The notes under the pieces are model-generated. The model searched no databases, was not told where the DNA came from, and saw only the letters and a list, made by a program, of their open reading frames with translations. The position numbers were made by a program, and so were the translations under genes. A DNA stretch of 55,364 bases, filler included, from Dirinaria sp. TL-2023a (taxonomy: Eukaryota): assembly GCA_051941275.1 (NCBI GenBank). It is 2 parts of 2 records of this genome, joined end to end, with 100 filler letters (N's around TTAATTAATTAA, not from the genome) between each part and the next. Parts side by side here need not be neighbours in the genome. Positions count along the whole stretch, not along the records: positions 27,808 to 55,364 come from JAVEBF010000138.1; 1 more part is not named here. One strand, written 5' to 3'. Below are positions 49,074 to 55,364 of the stretch, piece by piece; position 1 is the first letter of the stretch, and each line of letters begins with the position of its first letter.

Positions 49074-50322
49074 ATGGCTTCACCTTCTGTCAACCTCAAT
49101 AGTGGTTATCAGATGCCCATTGTAGGCTTTGGGTCTGTACATGGCTGTTCAGAAAATCCAATATGATCACGCGCTGACTGGCCAGTACAGACTGTGGAAA
49201 GTGAACAATGACACTTGCGCAGATCAGGTTTACAATGCAATCAAGTCCGGCTACCGTCTTTTCGATGGAGCATGCGGTATAGCATCACTGCACTCTTAGC
49301 AAGCATGCCCAAAGAAAAGCTTATTGACTGAATGCTCAGATTACGGCAACGAAGTCGAATCCGGTCAAGGCGTCGCCCGCGCAATCAAAGAAGGCATTGT
49401 CAAGCGCGAAGACCTGTTCCTCGTCTCCAAGCTTTGGAATTCGTTCCATGATGGCGACAAAGTTGAGCCCATCTGTAAAAAGCAACTAGCCGACTGGGGA
49501 ATTGACTACTTCGACCTTTACATAGTCCACTTTCCTATCGCCCTCAAATATGTTGACCCGAAAGACCGGTATCCGCCAGGCTTCACATACGATGGCAAGA
49601 ATGTGGTACCAGGCAAAGCGAGCATCCAGGAGACCTGGACTGCCATGGAGAGCCTTGTGGACAAAGGGTTAGCAAAGAGCATTGGCATCAGTAATTTCAA
49701 CGGCCAACTTATCATGGATCTTCTGCGCTACGCAAAGATTGTGCCTGCCACGCTGCAAATTGAGCACCATCCCTACCTAACACAAGAGGGACTCGTGAAA
49801 TTGGCTCAGAACCACAATATCGCAGTGACAGCATACTCGTCGTTCGGTCCACAATCCTTCCTGGAGCTCGACATGAAGGAAGCCAAGGATACACCTTTGC
49901 TGCTCGAGAATCCGAGTATCAAATCTATCGCCGACAAGCACGGAAAGACATCAGCTCAGATCCTGTTAAGATGGGCTACACAGCGTGATATTGCGTGAGT
50001 AAAACTTTCCCTCACGGGCTGGTCTTTCGAGTGGTACTCTTGAACTTCATTCGAGGTTTTCCCGATGTCCCCAGAGAAGGATGTGCTGACCTTGCCCCTT
50101 TCAGAGTCATACCAAAATCAAACAATCAGAACCGTTTGGCGCAGAATCTCGACGTTACTGCATTCGATCTGAGCGACAGTGAACTCAAGGACATCAGCGG
50201 CTTGAACAAGAATCTGAGGTTCAATGATCCACTACACGTAAGCGTGCCCCTAAGGACCGCACACGATAATTCCTTGCTCACGGTTCTTACAGTATGGTGT
50301 CGACATGCCGATTTACGTTTAA
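49074..50322 (+). CDS. XYL1: NAD(P)H-dependent D-xylose reductase (aldo-keto reductase AKR2B), multi-exon
   Basis: [72 protein letters not shown] and LRFNDP. Confidence 0.93.
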
Positions 50323-50720
50323 GTGGACTAGGGTCGAGAGTAGGGTCCGAAATTGTGCATCTGGATGACGAAGGCAGAGAAACGCATTTACGAGTTCCTT
50401 ACAAACAGCCATATTGACGAGCCTCTGATGTAGCGAAAATAGGGTAGTAGTAAGCGGGTGGAAACTGCCTACGGTCCAAACCCTAAATTTAAATATTCCA
50501 CCTTTTCAACCCTACAATCACTTCTCGCATTTGGCGCCATTTGCGGCTGAACGAGTTACAACAATGACGCTGGGTGGGCATGTTTCTACCTAACGTCGTC
50601 AAAACGTTCTTCAATATCAAGACCATGGATCTGCAAAGCGCTGGGCGCTATAAAGTTTCTAAAACGACCATTGGCGTCTGATACTAGTTACAAGCTGCAC
50701 CTTGTCATTCTTTCACTTCC

Positions 50721-51617
50721 ATGCCTCCCACTCCTACGTCGTCCACGCAGCCCTTGATCCAGCAACCTCGTGTAATCCTCTACCATCAAACCCATTACCA
50801 CGACGGTAATTTCGTCTCAGCGCTCCCCTTGCTGACGGAAGCGCGCTCCAACATTGGTCCCACCCACCTCATCCTTGCCGCTCTCCATCTGAACGCTTCC
50901 CCCGGGAACATAACCCTCAACGACGATCCGCCCTTCTGCGCTAAGCACGAGGCACTATGGGAAGAAGCCGGAATTCTCAACGATGTAGGGGTGAAGGTAC
51001 TGGTCATGCTCGGTGGTGCCGCTAAGGGCACCTTTATGCGCCTCGATAGCGACGACGACCAAACGTTCGAATCTTATTACGTACCTTTAAAGGAGTGCTT
51101 GAAAACGATGCAAGGGCATGGCTTGGAAGGGGTGGATCTGGATGTCGAGGAGGAAATGAGCCTGTTGGGCATCATCCGCCTTATTGATCGTCTGAAGCTC
51201 GATTTCGGGCAGGGGTTCCTGATTACGATGGCCCCGGTTGCGAACGCGCTCGCAGGGGGGAAGCATCTGAGTGGCTTCGACTACGAGGCGCTGGAGGTCA
51301 TGAGGGGTGGTAGTGTGGCATGGTACAACACGCAATTTTACAATGGCTGGGGCAGTGTGCAGCAAGGGTTTGGACAGATACTGGCGCGAGGATGGCGGCC
51401 GGAGAAGGTCGTTGTGGGCGTTTTGACAAATCCGGGGAATGGCCACGACTTTGTCGAGTTCGAGGAGTTGAAGGCCTTGTTGAGGATGGTGAGGCAGTTC
51501 TGTCCGAATTTTGGAGGGGTCATGGGGTGGGAATACTTCAACTGCGTGCCTGGAGGACACGCAAGGCCTTGGGAATGGGCAGAGAGCATGAGAGACTGTA
51601 TCGTGGACTGCCAATAA
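50721..51617 (+). CDS. GH18 endo-beta-N-acetylglucosaminidase (Endo T/Eng18B-like), no signal peptide, likely cytosolic
   Basis: PRVILYHQTH, THLILAALHLN, ITLNDDPP, VKVLVMLGGAAKG, catalytic GVDLDVEE, LITMAPVA, WYNTQFYNGWG and FGGVMGWEYFN. Confidence 0.82.
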   Translation: MPPTPTSSTQPLIQQPRVILYHQTHYHDGNFVSALPLLTEARSNIGPTHLILAALHLNASPGNITLNDDPPFCAKHEALWEEAGILNDVGVKVLVMLGGAAKGTFMRLDSDDDQTFESYYVPLKECLKTMQGHGLEGVDLDVEEEMSLLGIIRLIDRLKLDFGQGFLITMAPVANALAGGKHLSGFDYEALEVMRGGSVAWYNTQFYNGWGSVQQGFGQILARGWRPEKVVVGVLTNPGNGHDFVEFEELKALLRMVRQFCPNFGGVMGWEYFNCVPGGHARPWEWAESMRDCIVDCQ

Positions 51618-51813
51618 CAATCTCAGCGACACTTGACACACAGCGCTATTACTTGAAGGGATGTCCTGGAGATCCAGGCGGAATCCCTGTTGCATGGAAG
51701 AACCGACTTCGTCTCCACATCGGACAATTAGGCATCTACATACTGTACCTTAAGGTACGCTGGGCGATGCGAAGGAAGCTCGATGTAGATTTTGGCTCAT
51801 TCGTTCTGTAGGG

Positions 51814-51860
51814 GTGGAGAGAGGAGAGCGGAGAGTGGAGAGGAGAGAGTGGAGAGAGGA
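51814..51860. repeat. GA-rich simple repeat (GGAGAGA-like units)
   Basis: gtggagagaggagagcggagagtggagaggagagagtggagagagga. Confidence 0.7.
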
Positions 51861-53183
51861 ACCGCGGTTTCCGCGCACGAGCCTCTCTTGTGCAGCGAAC
51901 AACCTACCTTAAGGTACCTTAACTTTCTTTTTTCTTCCGCATGCTGGGGCTCCTCTCACCCCTGGACTGCTGGGCACCTGGACCGCTTCCGCGAAAGCTC
52001 GCTTGAGATGCGCAGTCAGCTAGTCAAGAAGCCCCGCTGCACAAGCAGCCGTTGATGCATCGACAGCACATGCCTGATTGTGGCGCATGATGGATCAAGA
52101 ACGGCCTAGCTGGCTTCCCTTTCCCCGGTCAATCACGATCGTGAAGGGCGGATCCTCGGCGTGATTGGTAGAAGAATGACGATTTGCCGCCATCTACTGC
52201 GGGCTCTGCGGAAGGCAAGCCCACACACCCTTTTCCCTTAGTGCTTAGTCTCTCTGGAAGTAGGAAGCAGATGCCGGCCTCCAGACAGGCCTCGAGGCAG
52301 AATTGGGCAATGGACGGTTGACACACCACCAGAACAGCACCTGTCCTCGATTGATTCGTGCTTTTGTTCAGAGCAGATCGCCGAGTCTGGCCTTCTGACT
52401 GATGGAATTAATCAGCTGTCTACTGTTCACCGTAATTCGTAGTACTGTAATTCGTAATACCGGAACCTGCACGACCTTACCTTACTGTGCTGATGGTAAG
52501 GTACCTTAATAATGTAAGGTAAGGTCGTGATCGCTCAAGCTGCTGCTCCCGTGATGCTCTAGCCATGCTAAGGCAAGGTGGGTGTGCTAGTCAATCCAGG
52601 CTTGTGATTGGTCAGCAACGGGCCCTATGAGTGTCCCCTGGAAATTGGGCACAAGCCTGGGCAGGTGTGGCTTGCCCTCTCTTGCCCGCCCCATCACGAC
52701 TCACCCCCAGGCTTAACCGTGGATGCAACTTTCTTGTTTGTTCAGTTCCCAAGCTCCATCTGTAACAACCCAATCTTTATCTCTGCCTTCCATCTAATCA
52801 TCGCACCGCTCACTCACCAACCATCTTTTACCCTCATCCTTGCCAGGGTCTAATTTAGACGCGCGGTAAACCGCAGTGGAGGGTCTTCCTTTGTTTCCGG
52901 TCGCAATTGCCTCAAACAAGGCGCCGATACAATCGTTTCACCCCATCGGCCTTCGTCCTATCGGGAATAAATCAACATCAATATTCTACATGAGGGGAGA
53001 AGGATCGAGAGGTGGAGTTCATTCATTTGTCAGGCCCAGGATCAGCGTCTGCCGCGCCAGGCACTCTATCCGCCGGAACCTCCACAGCGAAGCATATCTT
53101 AGACAAGAGCGCGGGGTCATCGTACTTAGGCAGCAAGGTGCGATAAGCTCTTGGTAGCCTTATAGAGGCCCAGAGTAGTCCAA

Positions 53184-55293
53184 ATGAGTGCAGAGGCTAC
53201 GCTACCTAAAGAGGATACGGTGGATACGAACCCCGTGGAAAAGGACCTCTCGCGTTTCCCACCTGCCGGAACTACGAACCCTGTCACTGCTGGTTCGTCG
53301 CATTCAATCTACGGATCCTCCTAGGGATTTTGCTCGAAATATGCTGACGCAGTACAGATACATCTCTCCTGACGAGTCCCACATCCTTTACCTCCGCACA
53401 CGAGACCATTCCCTCGGCAGAGGTGAGCGATTGCAACCAAGGGGCTCGGAACGGTCTTGCATCGGAAAATGGTATGAGTACTGGAACGGTGGATACTCCT
53501 ACAGCATCGCAGCTGGAAGAGCGATCTAGACCTGGTGTACCGGTTCGCACTTCATCCAATTCGCAAGTCCAAACTTCGACATCTGCGCCACCTCAATCGA
53601 CTGCCGCTCAAGAGCCCAAGACAATTTCCAGGAAAACTTCCCAAGACAGTATCAAGGAAAAGCGCCGCAGCACAAGCATCGGTAGCCGGCATTCTCGGAA
53701 AGAGAAGGTGGTGGAGAAAAGCGGTAGCGGGCAGGAGACCCGGGGCTCACAGCTGGACGCTGGTTCAAGCGCGGAGAAGTCGAAGAAGCGAGCTGTACCA
53801 AGATTTCTCTCGTTGCTGGGCTGCTGTGGTGCACCGAAGGATGAGAAAGATCGCGAGAACAGTGAACCGGCTGTCGCTCCAAAGAAAGCCAGAGTTCTTC
53901 AATCGAATCGCAACCGGCAGCCGACACCAGTGGCGAAGCAGGATAAGACTACGGCGAGTTCGAGTACTGGAGAGCTAAAAGAGAAGGCAGAGGAGACCAT
54001 TGGGGGAACACCTTACTCAGAGCAAACAGCGGCCGCAGAGCCGAAGATGATCACTCGAAGGTCGAAGGAAGGGCCGCCAGCTGAGAAGCCATCGATCACT
54101 GGAAATGGCCAGCCCTCAGAAAAGGATCCTGTAACACAAACAGCAGCTCGGGAACAGCCTTTACCGCCTTTACCCAATTCCAACGCAGCTAATCTTGCCA
54201 ATTCACCTCAGCAGACGGATCATCCACCAGCGCCCGATGTGGTCCCTGTACTGCCACCAGATCATCCGCAGACGACCGAGGAGGAAGAGATTGCGCCTGA
54301 AGAGGAGCAGGCAATCAATGACCGAACGCCTGAGCAAGCAAAAACAGACACCGATCTTGAGATGACTCAGGCTCCTCCAATTGCTCCGATACCTGAGGAC
54401 GGTTCTTGGAGCAATGAGCCAGAGAAGGAACAGAAATCAACTCAAATGCCATTACCGCCTCCTCCCCCACGTAACAACCAGGAACGATCACCAGCTGCAG
54501 ACCGGACGCGAGCCAGCTCTGAAAGGCAACAATGGCTGCTTCCGCCTATACAGCCTAGCTTCAGGGGCAAGAAATGCCTTGTTTTGGATTTAGACGAGAC
54601 CTTAGTACATAGCAGCTTCAAGGTGGCAACCCAAACGAACCTCCCATGGTTGCGCAAGCTGACTCGGATAGATTCTTCATCAAGCCGACTTTACGATACC
54701 TGTGGAAATCGAAGGTCAATGGCATAATGTCTACGTAATTAAGCGACCTGGTGTCGATCAGTTCATGAAGCGAGTTGGCGAGCTCTACGAGGTGGTGGTG
54801 TTTACTGCTTCGGTTTCGAAGGTATGAGTTACGACTGCCTGGCCATTGAGCTATTCGACTGACTAGATGGACCAAGTATGGCGATCCGCTTCTGGATCAA
54901 TTGGACATACACAAAGTCGTCCACCACCGGTTGTTTAGAGAATCGTGTTACAATCATGCAGTAAGTAGAGCCTTCCCTGCATACCATGCGACGAGGCTGA
55001 TTCGGGGACTATTAGGGCAATTATGTCAAGGTTTGTCCGGTACACGCTACTTGTGCATCATAGTACTAAAGGCGCTTTAGGATCTGTCGCAAGTGGGCCG
55101 CGATCTTCGAGAAACCATCATCATCGACAATTCTCCGACTTCATATATCTTCCATCCTCAGCACGCCGTCCCTATAAGTAGCTGGTTTTCCGACGCGCAC
55201 GACAACGAACTCCTCGACCTCATCCCCGTCCTCGAAGATCTGGCCGGATCCCAAGTCCGCGACGTGAGCCTGGTGCTCGATGTAGCATTATAG
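53184..55293 (+). CDS. PSR1: Psr1/Psr2-like plasma-membrane phosphatase (FCP1/NIF HAD family), multi-exon; first exon uncertain
   Basis: LLGCCG palmitoylation-like motif and long disordered region. Catalytic motifs [67 protein letters not shown] and [15 protein letters not shown]. Confidence 0.9.
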
Positions 55294-55364
55294 CATTCAA
55301 AAATGGGGGCCACTTAACGCATACCCGTCATCTTCTCATCCTCAGGACCTCGGGCCAAAGCGCC

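Noticed and set aside
51087..51811. Long alternative-frame and antisense ORFs over the GH18 gene (similar ones overlie MSK1, CSN12 and PSR1)
   Set aside because: By-products of GC-rich codon usage in real genes.

Overview
Fungal nuclear DNA from a filamentous ascomycete (Pezizomycotina), with short GT-AG introns and CTRAC branch points. Some gene families suggest a lichen-forming Lecanoromycete, but this is unverified. An artificial spacer at 27708-27807 (44 N + TTAATTAATTAA + 44 N) joins two contigs whose adjacency is unproven. LEFT (1-27.7 kb) is a gene-sparse accessory region. It holds a T5orf172/MUG113 GIY-YIG-like gene, a DUF4267 gene, a CYP58-like P450, a decayed Fcy2-type purine-cytosine permease pseudogene, a Cys-rich orphan and a secreted alpha/beta hydrolase. 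It also holds decayed secreted-protein genes, an intron-split AbiEii-like (type IV toxin-like) nucleotidyltransferase, a Pth11-like receptor, an intron-containing tRNA-Val(AAC) and a CE4 deacetylase. RIGHT (27.8-55.4 kb) is a dense housekeeping block: RMD5, an STB2/6-like gene, TIM10, mitochondrial LysRS, a stand-alone SRA-YDG protein, a BTB protein, CSN12, RPL20, SEC61-beta, xylose reductase, a GH18 ENGase and a PSR1-like phosphatase. The main observations are the spliced AbiEii-like nucleotidyltransferase, an inverted-repeat-flanked 3 x ~162 bp array upstream of the SRA gene, a recurrent intergenic palindrome TAAGGTACCTTA and the pseudogenes in the left half. All family assignments come from recognising motifs by eye; no database searches were run.
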